In this document: in pieces, positions 10,540 through 19,853 of the stretch
Numbering within the stretch: position 1 is the first letter of the stretch
How the letters are laid out: each line of letters starts with the position of its first letter
Assembly (NCBI GenBank): GCA_045650645.1
Contig: JAZRRJ010000026.1
Coordinates: 4,704 to 68,703 of the forward strand
Reading direction: 5' to 3'
Length of the DNA stretch: 64,000 nt
From: Faecalimonas sp.
GTDB lineage: Bacteria > Bacillota > Clostridia > Lachnospirales > Lachnospiraceae
Position numbers and translations under genes: made by a program
Notes under the pieces: generated by a model
The model's input: only the letters and a program-made list of their open reading frames with translations
The model's database searches: none
Told to the model about the DNA's origin: nothing

Positions 10540-10883
10540 GGGCTTGTACTGGTTTCGACGGGGGTTTTGAAGTTGAGGAAGCCATCTGCGGGGCGGGACC
10601 GCGTAACAATCCGTATTTTAAAATTAAACGCAAACAAAAATTTAGCGTACGCTGCCTAGTGGTAGCAGTCGGTCTTAGGTCGCTCACTGCTTAAGGTACC
10701 GGCTTCAACGAGGTGAGGCACTTCGTTTCCAAAGCTTTGAGGGAATGGAAGAATTTATGAAGCTACTAAAGTCTATAGCCTGTCATTAGGCGATGGATGG
10801 AGGGAACGTCAAAATAATGACTGTGATGGGAGATGCCTTGATGGATGGGCTTTCGGACAGGGGTTCGATTCCCCTCAGGTCCA
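10540..10883 (+). ncRNA. ssrA: tmRNA (transfer-messenger RNA), tag (A)ANKNLAYAA
   Basis: 5' GGGCTTG pairs with 3' CAGGTCC-A, giving a G3:U70 alanine identity pair. T-arm GGGGTTCGATTCCCC. Tag ORF GCA AAC AAA AAT TTA GCG TAC GCT GCC TAG at 10630-10659. CCA is not encoded. Confidence 0.96.
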
Positions 10884-10899
10884 TTGGAAAAAGGAAAAG

Positions 10900-10943
10900 A
10901 AAAAGTAATCAAACGGGGAATGCCCCTATTTGATTACTTTTTT
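10900..10943. terminator. bidirectional terminator after ssrA and the ABC operon
   Basis: aaaaagtaatcaaa...tttgattacttttt long stem flanked by A/T tracts. Confidence 0.8.
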
Positions 10944-10954
10944 TGTTTTATAAT

Positions 10955-11845
10955 TTATTTCTTCTTCATCAAATTCATTATCACATAGATAGAAATCATC
11001 ACGAACACACTGCCACACACAATAAGATACATCGTTGAAAGTTCTACTTTGTTATCAAAGAAATAGACATTACAGTCAATGATATCCTGTAATGTTTGAA
11101 TGACCTCTTTTGGGTATCCTTCGGCTTTCAGTTCGGCAAATACGCCACGAAGTGCATGGTTTCTCAGGAGTGATGTGGAATAAATTCCAGGGAAGAAAGA
11201 CAGCACATTTCGTAGCCCTTCGCTAAATTGTGAGAGTGGCATATAGGCACCGCAAATGAATCCATACGTCGAGCTAACTATGCTTCCAACAGCGGAAATT
11301 TGCCCTTGTGTAGAAAGGAAAAAGTTGATAATGGAAGACAAAGCCACACCAAACATGATAAGTAAAAACACATCGAGTAAAAAGAAAACAACATCTTTTC
11401 CAGATAGATACCAACCAAGTTTGCCGAGATAAAGGAATCCGGCTCCGCAGGCAAATAAACAAACGAGTAGCGTAGATATCAAGGTGGCAATGTAGTAGCT
11501 AAGTGCCAACGTAGTACTTTTGATTGGCGTAATCGATAAATCTTTTCTTGTACCATTTGCTTTATCCTGAACCATGAGCATGTTAGAGCAGAAGGAAACG
11601 GTAACACAGCATACGGCCAAAAGTGAAGAAATTAATTGTCCTCCAACTGCTGAATCCAACAACTTATCAGGAATTTCAACGCCTTTTGGGAATGCCATCG
11701 CAAAACTATCGCGATAAACATTTCCAAGAAAGGTGGTGTAGAGCAGAAGTAGGATGAGTGGAGTGATTAGCGACGTGAAAAATAGGCCTTTGTCTTTAAA
11801 AAATAGTTTGATGTTTCGTTTGATTAATGTTCCTAATACAATCAT
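10955..11845 (-). CDS. ABC-2 type exporter permease
   Basis: About six hydrophobic segments; overlaps the stop of the ATPase gene. Confidence 0.85.
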   Translation of the reverse strand: MIVLGTLIKRNIKLFFKDKGLFFTSLITPLILLLLYTTFLGNVYRDSFAMAFPKGVEIPDKLLDSAVGGQLISSLLAVCCVTVSFCSNMLMVQDKANGTRKDLSITPIKSTTLALSYYIATLISTLLVCLFACGAGFLYLGKLGWYLSGKDVVFFLLDVFLLIMFGVALSSIINFFLSTQGQISAVGSIVSSTYGFICGAYMPLSQFSEGLRNVLSFFPGIYSTSLLRNHALRGVFAELKAEGYPKEVIQTLQDIIDCNVYFFDNKVELSTMYLIVCGSVFVMISIYVIMNLMKKK

Positions 11846-12756
11846 TTCTCAGAACCTCCTATCAAAGATTTTCCGGTAACCGCAAGGAATACATCGTCCA
11901 TTTTCCCTTTTGTGATCTCATAATCCACAAAAATTTCCGCATGTTCCAGAATCAGCTGTGTTGCTTCCGACGTGTTTGCGACCGAAAAGCGATAAGCATC
12001 GCGCAAACGCTCGTATGGTGTGTTTAATTTTTGTGCTTGAGACTCATCGATATTGTAAAGTGTAATAAAATCACCGGTATAAGTGTTTTTTAATTGTAAC
12101 GGTGTGCCGTCTGCAACAATTTTCCCGGAATCCAAGATGACAACATAGTCAGCATCTGCAGCTTCTTCCATGTAGTGTGTTGTTAAAAATACAGTCAAGT
12201 TTTCTTCTTTGCGTAGTTGTGCAATGGCATTCCAAAGATGTCGGCGTGTTTGCGGATCCAAACCGGTTGTAGGTTCGTCGAGAATTAAAATTTTCGGATG
12301 ATTTAAAAGAGCTCTTGCGATATCAATCCGACGGCGTTGTCCTCCGGATAACTTCCCCACTGTTCGTTTTAGTAAATCTTTAAAGTCCAATAATTCGGAC
12401 AATTCTTCCAACCGTTTTTTGAAGTTGTTTCCAGTGATTCCATAGAGAGCCGCACGACTCTCTAAGTTGTCTTTTACAGACAATGCTTTGTCTAGGACAG
12501 AATCCTGAAATACAACGCCGAGATCATTCTTAATTTGACTTTCGTTGCGTTCCATAGTGTTTCCGTCAATCTTTACTGTACCTTCATCTTGTGCTAATTG
12601 TCCACAGATGATGGAGATGGTCGTAGATTTACCGGCACCGTTTTCTCCCAGAAACGCGAAGAGGTCTCCTTCCTTCACACAGAAACTGATGTCTTGCACT
12701 GCGTTGATAGGACCGAAACTTTTGGACAAATGTTCAATTTCTATTATGTTTTTCAT
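11842..12756 (-). CDS. ABC transporter ATP-binding protein (DrrA-like)
   Basis: GENGAGKST, LSGGQRRR, LDEPTTGLD and TTHYMEEA motifs. Confidence 0.93.
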   Translation of the reverse strand: MKNIIEIEHLSKSFGPINAVQDISFCVKEGDLFAFLGENGAGKSTTISIICGQLAQDEGTVKIDGNTMERNESQIKNDLGVVFQDSVLDKALSVKDNLESRAALYGITGNNFKKRLEELSELLDFKDLLKRTVGKLSGGQRRRIDIARALLNHPKILILDEPTTGLDPQTRRHLWNAIAQLRKEENLTVFLTTHYMEEAADADYVVILDSGKIVADGTPLQLKNTYTGDFITLYNIDESQAQKLNTPYERLRDAYRFSVANTSEATQLILEHAEIFVDYEITKGKMDDVFLAVTGKSLIGGSEK

Positions 12757-13325
12757 GATGGTTCCTCCTTAGAGATATAATGTGCTTTCAACCCCTGATA
12801 TATATCGGTAATCATAGAACTAATCGTATCGGTGTTCCATGGCAAATAAGACGTAGCAAGCATAGATGCAATTCCGTGAACAAAAACCCACATTTCCAGA
12901 TGGAAAAGGAAGGCATGTTCCTCCGAAAAAGGCAAATGATTTTTGACACTAGAAACACCTAAGTCTAAAAGAGTCGAGGACGCGTGGATGTTTTCGTCGG
13001 AGCGATTTCTCATGAATAGAAGTTTAAACAATTCCTTCTCTTCGGCAGCAAAGCGAATGTATGCCATACCCATCGCTTTATATTCTGGATATTGGTTTGT
13101 CGCCATTTCTTTTTGAATGTATTCTTGATAGCATCGTTCCGATCTCAAAAGCAGAGCTTCTTTTAATTCATCCATAGAGGTATAATTCGAAAAGATGGGT
13201 TGTGTGGAACAGCCCAATCGAGTGGCGAGTGTGCGCGCGTTTAGCACGGATACCCCGCTTTCTTTTACCATATCCATGGCGGTTTGTAAAATTTGATCTT
13301 TGGTTATTTTTATTTTTGGTGGCAT
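12753..13325 (-). CDS. TetR/AcrR family regulator (WHG-like C-terminus)
   Basis: N-terminal HTH ARTLATRLGCSTQPIFSNY and C-terminal WVFVHG. Start MPPK at 13325 follows RBS AGGAGG. Confidence 0.88.
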   Translation of the reverse strand: MPPKIKITKDQILQTAMDMVKESGVSVLNARTLATRLGCSTQPIFSNYTSMDELKEALLLRSERCYQEYIQKEMATNQYPEYKAMGMAYIRFAAEEKELFKLLFMRNRSDENIHASSTLLDLGVSSVKNHLPFSEEHAFLFHLEMWVFVHGIASMLATSYLPWNTDTISSMITDIYQGLKAHYISKEEPS

Positions 13326-13334
13326 ACGCTCCTC

Positions 13335-13396
13335 CTTGTTAAATAACAAGTGTTATATAATAATTTGAATTTATCAAAAAGAACTAGGTTTGTCAA
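13335..13396 (-). promoter_or_regulatory. TetR-ABC operon promoter with putative palindromic operator
   Basis: Minus-strand TTGACA (13391-13396)-17bp-TAAATT with upstream TG. Overlapping inverted repeats ATAACAagTGTTAT (13343-13356) and CTTGTTAaaTAACAAG (13335-13350) lie just downstream. Confidence 0.6.
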
Positions 13397-13480
13397 CAAA
13401 AAGGGAGTATAATAAAGACACAAAATTAACATAAATCTTTGTTAGAGTGAGAACAAATGAAAATAAACGAGGTGTATTGC

Positions 13481-14161
13481 GTGGAAAAAATAAAAATCCT
13501 AATCGTAGATGATGAAAGCAGAATGCGAAAATTAATCCGAGATTTCTTAGAAAGAGAAGGCTATCAAATATTAGAAGCAGCAGATGGAGTAGAGGCGATG
13601 GACTTATTTTATGAAGATAAGAATATCGATTTGATTATTCTGGATGTGATGATGCCGCGAATGGACGGATGGCAAGTTTGCAAAGAGATTAGAGAACATT
13701 CAAAGGTTCCGATAGTGATGCTGACAGCCAGAGCCGAAGAATGGAATGAATTGAAAGGATTCCATTTGGGCGTAGATGAATATATTACAAAGCCATTCAG
13801 TCCGAAGATCTTAGTGGCGAGGGTGGCTGCGCTTTTAAAACGTACAAAGAGTGGAACGGATGAAGAAGTCATAGATGCCGGCGGAATTGTGATTAACAAG
13901 ACCGCTCACATGGTAACCATTGAAGGACAAAATATCGAATTGAGTATCAAAGAATTTGAACTTTTAATCTATTTTGTGGAAAATCAGAGAATTGCTCTAT
14001 CGAGAGAAAAAATCTTAAACCATGTTTGGAATTATGATTATTTTGGGGATGCACGAACCATCGATACACATGTGAAAAAACTGCGTAGCAAGTTGGGAGA
14101 GAAAGGGAATTATATTAAAACCATCTGGGGAATGGGATATAAATTTGAGGTGGAAGAATGA
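13481..14161 (+). CDS. OmpR family response regulator
   Basis: ILIVDDE, LDVMMP and KPF receiver motifs; winged helix RTIDTHVKKLRSKL; GTG start after GAGGTG. Confidence 0.93.
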   Translation: MEKIKILIVDDESRMRKLIRDFLEREGYQILEAADGVEAMDLFYEDKNIDLIILDVMMPRMDGWQVCKEIREHSKVPIVMLTARAEEWNELKGFHLGVDEYITKPFSPKILVARVAALLKRTKSGTDEEVIDAGGIVINKTAHMVTIEGQNIELSIKEFELLIYFVENQRIALSREKILNHVWNYDYFGDARTIDTHVKKLRSKLGEKGNYIKTIWGMGYKFEVEE

Positions 14162-15639
14162 AAAAATCAATCCGAAGACAAATTGCAACGATCTTTATCG
14201 TAATCGTCAGTTCGGTATTAGTCATTTCAATTATCATAAACAGTTGGTTTTTGGAAGATTTTTATGTGCGTAATAAGCAGACGAATTTGATCCGTGTTTA
14301 TAATCAAATGAACCGAGCAAATAGAAGAGGAACATTGTCTGACCAAAGTACAATTGACCGATTAAATCAGGAAGCAGAAGTTGGGAATTTATCTCTGGTT
14401 ATCATGACGAATGATGGTCGTGAAGTGCTGAGCACCGCACAGAATCCGAAAAAAGGACAAGAGTTGTATGGACAATTAATGGGATATATTTTAAACAAGA
14501 ATCAGGTGAAAGGGAAACTGCTGAAAAGCAGCAATGAATATGAAATTCATAGTGCTACAGATGTTTTGGGCGGTGGAGAATACATTGAAATGTGGGGACG
14601 CTTGGGAGATGACAAGTTATTTCTTTTGCGAAGCCCAATAGAAAGTATCCGAGAAAGCGTGGCGATTTCTAATGAGTTTTTGATTTATACGACATTAGCT
14701 ATGATTGGAATTGGCTCCATTTTTGTGTGGTATTTTGCAAAGCGAATCACCAACCCAATCTTGGAATTGACACGCTTGTCGAAACGTATGGCAAATTTGG
14801 AATTTGACGCAAAATATACAAGTGGAGGAAATAATGAAATTGGTATATTGGGTGAAAATTTCAATCTCATGTCAGAAGAATTAGAAAAGACAGTTTCTGA
14901 ATTGAAGAATGCCAATTATGAGTTGCAAAAAGACATTGAAAAGAAAGAAAAGATTGAACTTATGAGAAGTGAATTCATCGGAAATGTTTCTCATGAATTG
15001 AAGACTCCAATTGCATTAATTCAAGGTTATGCGGAGGGGTTAAAAGAAGGAATTTCGGAGGATCCACAGAGTCGAGAGTATTACTGCGACGTCATTTTGG
15101 ATGAGGCGAATAAGATGAATCAGATGGTTCGGAATCTTCTTGCCTTAAATGAGTTGGAATTTGGGGAAGAGGAAATCATGTTTGAACGTTTTGATATTGT
15201 AGAATTAATTCGTGGCATCATACAGAGCAATCAGATTCTGATTCAACAAAAAGAAGTAGATGTGAAATTGCAAACAGATACAGCTATTTATGTTTGGGGC
15301 GATGAGTATAAAGTAGAACAAGTTCTGCGCAATTATTTAAGTAATGCATTACATCATGTAGAAGGTGAAAATAGAATCGTAATAAGAACAGAACGGGATA
15401 CAGCAAGAGAAAAAGTTCGCATTACGGTATTCAATACAGGAAGTCCGATTCCGGAAGAAGATATTGAACATATTTGGAGCAAGTTCTATAAAGTAGACAA
15501 AGCGCGAACTCGAGAATACGGCGGACATGGAATAGGATTGTCCATTGTAAAAGCGATTATGAAGTCTTTTCAACAAGAGTATGGTGTGGTAAACTATGAC
15601 AATGGAGTCGCTTTTTGGTTTGAGTTAGACTTAAAATAG
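14158..15639 (+). CDS. HAMP-domain sensor histidine kinase
   Basis: Two TM segments, HAMP domain, H-box SHELKTP, NYLSNA and GHGIGLSI. Confidence 0.93.
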   Translation: MKKSIRRQIATIFIVIVSSVLVISIIINSWFLEDFYVRNKQTNLIRVYNQMNRANRRGTLSDQSTIDRLNQEAEVGNLSLVIMTNDGREVLSTAQNPKKGQELYGQLMGYILNKNQVKGKLLKSSNEYEIHSATDVLGGGEYIEMWGRLGDDKLFLLRSPIESIRESVAISNEFLIYTTLAMIGIGSIFVWYFAKRITNPILELTRLSKRMANLEFDAKYTSGGNNEIGILGENFNLMSEELEKTVSELKNANYELQKDIEKKEKIELMRSEFIGNVSHELKTPIALIQGYAEGLKEGISEDPQSREYYCDVILDEANKMNQMVRNLLALNELEFGEEEIMFERFDIVELIRGIIQSNQILIQQKEVDVKLQTDTAIYVWGDEYKVEQVLRNYLSNALHHVEGENRIVIRTERDTAREKVRITVFNTGSPIPEEDIEHIWSKFYKVDKARTREYGGHGIGLSIVKAIMKSFQQEYGVVNYDNGVAFWFELDLK

Positions 15640-15649
15640 GAGGCAAAAC

Positions 15650-16258
15650 GTGATTGCGATTATAGATTATGATGCAGGAAATATTAAAAGCGTAGAAAAG
15701 GCATTGCAAAAATTAGGGGCAGAAGTAGTGATTACAAAAGACCCGCAAGTGATTCTAAATGCAGATAAGGTTATTTTACCAGGTGTTGGAGCATTTGGTG
15801 ATGCGATGGCGAATATAAAGAAATATAAATTGGATGAAATCATTCATAGGGTTGTGAAAAAAGGAACTCCTTTTTTAGGGATTTGTTTAGGTCTACAACT
15901 GTTGTTTGAGAGAAGTGATGAGACTCCAGGTGTAGAAGGACTTGGAATTCTAAAAGGAGAGATTCTACGCATTCCGGAAAAGGATGATTTAAAGATTCCA
16001 CACATGGGTTGGAACTCCTTGCATTTGCAGAATGAAGGAAGATTATTTAAAGGTCTTAAGGAACAATCTTATGTCTATTTTGTACATTCTTACTATTTGA
16101 AAGCTGAGGAAGAAGAGATTGTAAAAGCAACGACAGATTATAGTGTGAATATCCATGCATCAGTAGAGAAAGATAATGTATTTGCTTGTCAATTTCATCC
16201 AGAGAAGAGCAGTGAGGTAGGACTGGAAATTTTGAAAAACTTTGTGGAACTTAGCTAG
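15650..16258 (+). CDS. hisH: imidazole glycerol phosphate synthase glutaminase subunit
   Basis: [20 protein letters not shown] and QFHPEKS motifs. Confidence 0.96.
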   Translation: MIAIIDYDAGNIKSVEKALQKLGAEVVITKDPQVILNADKVILPGVGAFGDAMANIKKYKLDEIIHRVVKKGTPFLGICLGLQLLFERSDETPGVEGLGILKGEILRIPEKDDLKIPHMGWNSLHLQNEGRLFKGLKEQSYVYFVHSYYLKAEEEEIVKATTDYSVNIHASVEKDNVFACQFHPEKSSEVGLEILKNFVELS

Positions 16259-16269
16259 GAGGATTGGAC

Positions 16270-17031
16270 ATGTTTACCAAGAGAATTATTCCTTGTTTGG
16301 ACGTACATGGCGGACGTGTGGTCAAAGGTGTCAATTTTGTAAACCTTGTGGATGCAGGGGATCCGGTTGCCATTGCAAAGGCGTATGATGAGGCCGGTGC
16401 AGACGAGATTGTATTTTTAGATATTACAGCATCATCTGATGCAAGAGAAACTGTGGTTGATATGGTGAGAGAAGTTGCAAAGAATGTATTCATTCCATTT
16501 ACAGTTGGCGGAGGAATCCGTACGGTAGATGATTTCAAAGCACTGTTGCGAGAAGGCGCAGATAAAATTTCTGTGAATTCAGCAGCAATCAATCGACCAG
16601 AACTGATTCGCGAGGCGGCAGAAAAATTTGGGAGTCAGTGTGTTGTAGTTGCGATAGATGCGAAGAGAAGAGCAGACGGTAGTGGATGGAATATTTATAA
16701 AAATGGCGGACGTGTTGATATGGGAATCGATGCGGTTGAATGGGCCAAAACTGTGGAGGAACTCGGCGCAGGGGAAATCTTGTTGACTAGTATGGATTGT
16801 GACGGAACAAAAGCGGGATATGATTTGGAACTCACAAGGACGATTTCGGAGAGTGTGTCTATTCCGGTAATCGCTTCTGGCGGTGCAGGAACCTTGGAGC
16901 ATTTTTATGAAGCCTTTACAGAAGGAAAAGCGGATGCGGCTTTGGTAGCATCACTCTTTCATTTTAAAGAATTAGAAATTAAAGAAGTAAAGCAATACTT
17001 ACAAGAAAAAGGAGTTTCTGTAAGATTGTAA
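16270..17031 (+). CDS. hisF: imidazole glycerol phosphate synthase cyclase subunit
   Basis: [23 protein letters not shown] and IASGGAG motifs. Confidence 0.96.
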   Translation: MFTKRIIPCLDVHGGRVVKGVNFVNLVDAGDPVAIAKAYDEAGADEIVFLDITASSDARETVVDMVREVAKNVFIPFTVGGGIRTVDDFKALLREGADKISVNSAAINRPELIREAAEKFGSQCVVVAIDAKRRADGSGWNIYKNGGRVDMGIDAVEWAKTVEELGAGEILLTSMDCDGTKAGYDLELTRTISESVSIPVIASGGAGTLEHFYEAFTEGKADAALVASLFHFKELEIKEVKQYLQEKGVSVRL

Positions 17032-17041
17032 GGAGGAAACC

Positions 17042-17716
17042 ATGCCGGCAATTAATGGGGAATGGCTGAATGCTTTAAAAGGTGAATTTGGAAAACCTTA
17101 TTATAAAAAACTTTTTGAGACCGTGAATCAAGAATATCAAACGAGACAGATTTTTCCACCAGCGGAAGATGTGTTTAATGCGTTTCATTTCGCACCGCTA
17201 GATAAAGTGAAAGTGGTTATTTTAGGTCAGGATCCATATCATGGGGAACACCAGGCACATGGCCTTTGTTTTTCTGTAAAACCAGAGGTGGAAATACCAC
17301 CTTCGCTTGTAAATATTTATAAAGAATTGCAGGATGATTTGGGGTGCAATATTCCGAGTCATGGCTATTTGGAGAAGTGGGCGAAACAAGGAGTGCTTTT
17401 GCTCAATACGGTACTGACTGTGCGTGCACATCAAGCAAATTCCCATCGTGGAATTGGCTGGGAAGAGTTTACAGATGCAGCGATTCGTGTGTTGAATGAG
17501 CAGGAACGACCAATCGTATTTATTCTTTGGGGAAGACCTGCGCAAATGAAAAAGAATATGCTTAACAATCCAAAACATTTGGTGTTAGAGGCACCGCATC
17601 CAAGTCCTTTATCTTCTTATCGAGGATTTTTTGGAAGTAAGCCATTTAGTCAGACAAATCGATTTTTAGAAGACAACGGAGTGGAACCAATCGATTGGCA
17701 AATTGAAGAATTATAA
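17042..17716 (+). CDS. ung: uracil-DNA glycosylase
   Basis: GQDPYH, GVLLLN and HPSPLS motifs. Confidence 0.97.
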   Translation: MPAINGEWLNALKGEFGKPYYKKLFETVNQEYQTRQIFPPAEDVFNAFHFAPLDKVKVVILGQDPYHGEHQAHGLCFSVKPEVEIPPSLVNIYKELQDDLGCNIPSHGYLEKWAKQGVLLLNTVLTVRAHQANSHRGIGWEEFTDAAIRVLNEQERPIVFILWGRPAQMKKNMLNNPKHLVLEAPHPSPLSSYRGFFGSKPFSQTNRFLEDNGVEPIDWQIEEL

Positions 17717-17751
17717 AAAAATTCGTTAGAGTAATCTCTAACGAATTTTTT
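17716..17751. terminator. bidirectional terminator
   Basis: aaaaaattcgttagag-taat-ctctaacgaatttttt. Confidence 0.85.
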
Positions 17752-17758
17752 GTTTTTA

Positions 17759-18616
17759 TTATTTTGTATCTTCCACTTTGTGTTCTAATGGTTTTTCTAA
17801 AACGGATGGATTTCGCATAATCTTACGTAAATCACGCAATGCCATTGCAAAATATAATCCATCGCAAAAACGTTCATCAGATACCAAACTAAAGCCCATG
17901 TGTTTTTGTTGAATGACTTCACCTTTATGAACAATCGGAATCATTTTTTCTTTTCCCATTGAGAAAAAGAGTCCGGTAGTACCGAAATCATATGTATGAT
18001 GATGTACATGATTGATTCCAAGCGATTTTAAGTTCGTTACAAAGAAGGATGTATGGAAAGGACTCAGCTCAATAATTTTCTTTGGCAGAATATTGTGTCT
18101 GTCCATCCACATCAATGTATTTACAACGAAAGATAAAATTGGACCAGGAATTGAAGTTAATACGCGAGCTAACTTGTCAGTGCCATTTTCGCCAACTCTT
18201 TTCGAAGTTTCTTTCTCAATTGCTACATTGATAATTTCAGCAATTTCCAAGATGCTTTCTGTTCCTTCGAAACAAAGCTTAATGGTAGTCCCACAGCTGT
18301 CTTCATGTAACTCAGGATGTACGACAAAACTTACCCATATTTTAGGTCTAGCATAAATGTGTCCGTTCATGACAAAGCGATTCAATCTTGGCTTGAGTGC
18401 CAACATACGAACAACACCAGCTATTAAAATGTGCATATAGTTCATTTTGATACCTTGGGCTTCTTTTGCTTTAATATATTCATCCCACACTTCACACGCA
18501 AAAGTATCTTCGTACATATTCATCGCGTCATAGCGATTTTTCATAATGTAGGATGTTATAAGTTGCAGCGGATCAATATTCTTGACTCTGCGGCCATCCG
18601 GTCTGTTGCGAAACAT
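17759..18616 (-). CDS. stand-alone 2-oxoacid dehydrogenase E2 catalytic domain-like / CAT-fold protein
   Basis: P..N.F motif, SFFVTNLKSLG (cf. TFTISNLGxxG) and DERFCDG (cf. DHRxxDG); no lipoyl domain. Confidence 0.7.
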   Translation of the reverse strand: MFRNRPDGRRVKNIDPLQLITSYIMKNRYDAMNMYEDTFACEVWDEYIKAKEAQGIKMNYMHILIAGVVRMLALKPRLNRFVMNGHIYARPKIWVSFVVHPELHEDSCGTTIKLCFEGTESILEIAEIINVAIEKETSKRVGENGTDKLARVLTSIPGPILSFVVNTLMWMDRHNILPKKIIELSPFHTSFFVTNLKSLGINHVHHHTYDFGTTGLFFSMGKEKMIPIVHKGEVIQQKHMGFSLVSDERFCDGLYFAMALRDLRKIMRNPSVLEKPLEHKVEDTK

Positions 18617-18779
18617 GAAAACCCTCCTAGACTACAAAAAGTTTATAGTTTTTTAACAATTTACTCCATTATACACAATTCAACATTTATTGACAAGTTG
18701 AAAAAAACAGGTATTTGTGAAAGAAAAATCTTATGATATAATATGCTCATATGGGAAAAATATCACAGAGGTTCAATGG

Positions 18780-19325
18780 ATGAGTTGCGATAGGAAAAAA
18801 GAAGAACGGTTCGAAAAACTATATCAACAATACCGAAATGATGTGTATAGAATCAGTTTGTATTACACGAGAAACGAGCAAGAAGCACAGGATATTACGC
18901 AAAAGGTGTTCTTTGCCTTTTACCTTCGCATGGACAAAATCCAAATGGAATATGTGCGAGAGTATTTAGTCACTGCAGCTAGAAATTTATCTTATAATTG
19001 GTTGCGAGACACAAAGAAAGAGCGAGAAGGGGAAAGTGTTGATACGTTATCTGACACGAGTGTTTTGGTAGATAGTGCAGAAGATTCTTATCTGCTTGAT
19101 GAGAATGTAATAGAGAAAAGAGTATTTTTGGGAGAGTTGATGCAACAATTATATATCGAAAATGAAATGTGGTATCATATTTTAAAGTCGATTTATTGTT
19201 TAGGGATGTCCCATGAGGATACGGCAAAATTACTTAGAATCTCTAAGGGTGTTTTATACAGTAAGTTATACAGAGCGAAAAAATGGATTGCCAAACATTA
19301 TAAAGAAAAGTATAAGGAGCTTTGA
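18780..19325 (+). CDS. ECF-type RNA polymerase sigma factor
   Basis: Region 2 EAQDITQKVF...ARNLSYNWLR and region 4 MSHEDTAKLLRISKGVLYSKLYRAK; start uncertain (18717 or 18780). Confidence 0.8.
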   Translation: MSCDRKKEERFEKLYQQYRNDVYRISLYYTRNEQEAQDITQKVFFAFYLRMDKIQMEYVREYLVTAARNLSYNWLRDTKKEREGESVDTLSDTSVLVDSAEDSYLLDENVIEKRVFLGELMQQLYIENEMWYHILKSIYCLGMSHEDTAKLLRISKGVLYSKLYRAKKWIAKHYKEKYKEL

Positions 19326-19326
19326 T

Positions 19327-19845
19327 ATGAAGAAACTAAGAATGATTACAATCATTGCAATTGTAGCTGTATTATGTGGATGTGCAGGGAATGTAAAAGA
19401 AGGAAAAGCATTGCTCGAAGAGTCGAAATATGAAGAAGCGAGAGCATGTTTTGAAAAAGATATTGAAAAAGGAAAAAATCTGGATAAAGCCAATTATGGA
19501 AAAGGAATTGCATGCTTTGAGTTACAGGAATATGAGACTGCAATTGAATGCTTTAAGGCGGCAGCAAAAGAGGGAACCAAAGAAGATGCAGTATTTTGTG
19601 ATTTCTTGGGAGCATGCTACATAGAGACAGAACAATACAAAGAAGCAATTGACGTATATAAGAAGGCATTGGATGATGAAAAAATTACAGATGAGCTGAA
19701 ACAGGAAACCAGATATAATTTAATTGTTGCTTACGAAAAGTCTGGGGATTGGGATGCAGCGAAGAAAGAAATGAAAAAATATGTAAAAGACTATCCAGAT
19801 GACACTCGAGTGAAGAGGGAAGCAGAGTTTTTGGAAACAAGGTAG
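19327..19845 (+). CDS. TPR-repeat lipoprotein
   Basis: Signal MKKLRMITIIAIVAVLCGC with lipobox, then TPR helices. ATG at 19327 after aaggag. Confidence 0.8.
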   Translation: MKKLRMITIIAIVAVLCGCAGNVKEGKALLEESKYEEARACFEKDIEKGKNLDKANYGKGIACFELQEYETAIECFKAAAKEGTKEDAVFCDFLGACYIETEQYKEAIDVYKKALDDEKITDELKQETRYNLIVAYEKSGDWDAAKKEMKKYVKDYPDDTRVKREAEFLETR

Positions 19846-19853
19846 GAAAATAT

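Noticed and set aside
10406-10687. 93-aa minus-strand ORF
   Set aside because: Antisense to the end of trxB and to the tmRNA; no RBS or recognisable motif
10884-13400. TetR-ABC unit as an island integrated at ssrA
   Set aside because: No integrase, and I saw no duplicated tmRNA 3' end in the window
19213-19326. Long N-terminus of the TPR ORF
   Set aside because: Overlaps the sigma gene; the signal peptide and RBS indicate a start at 19327
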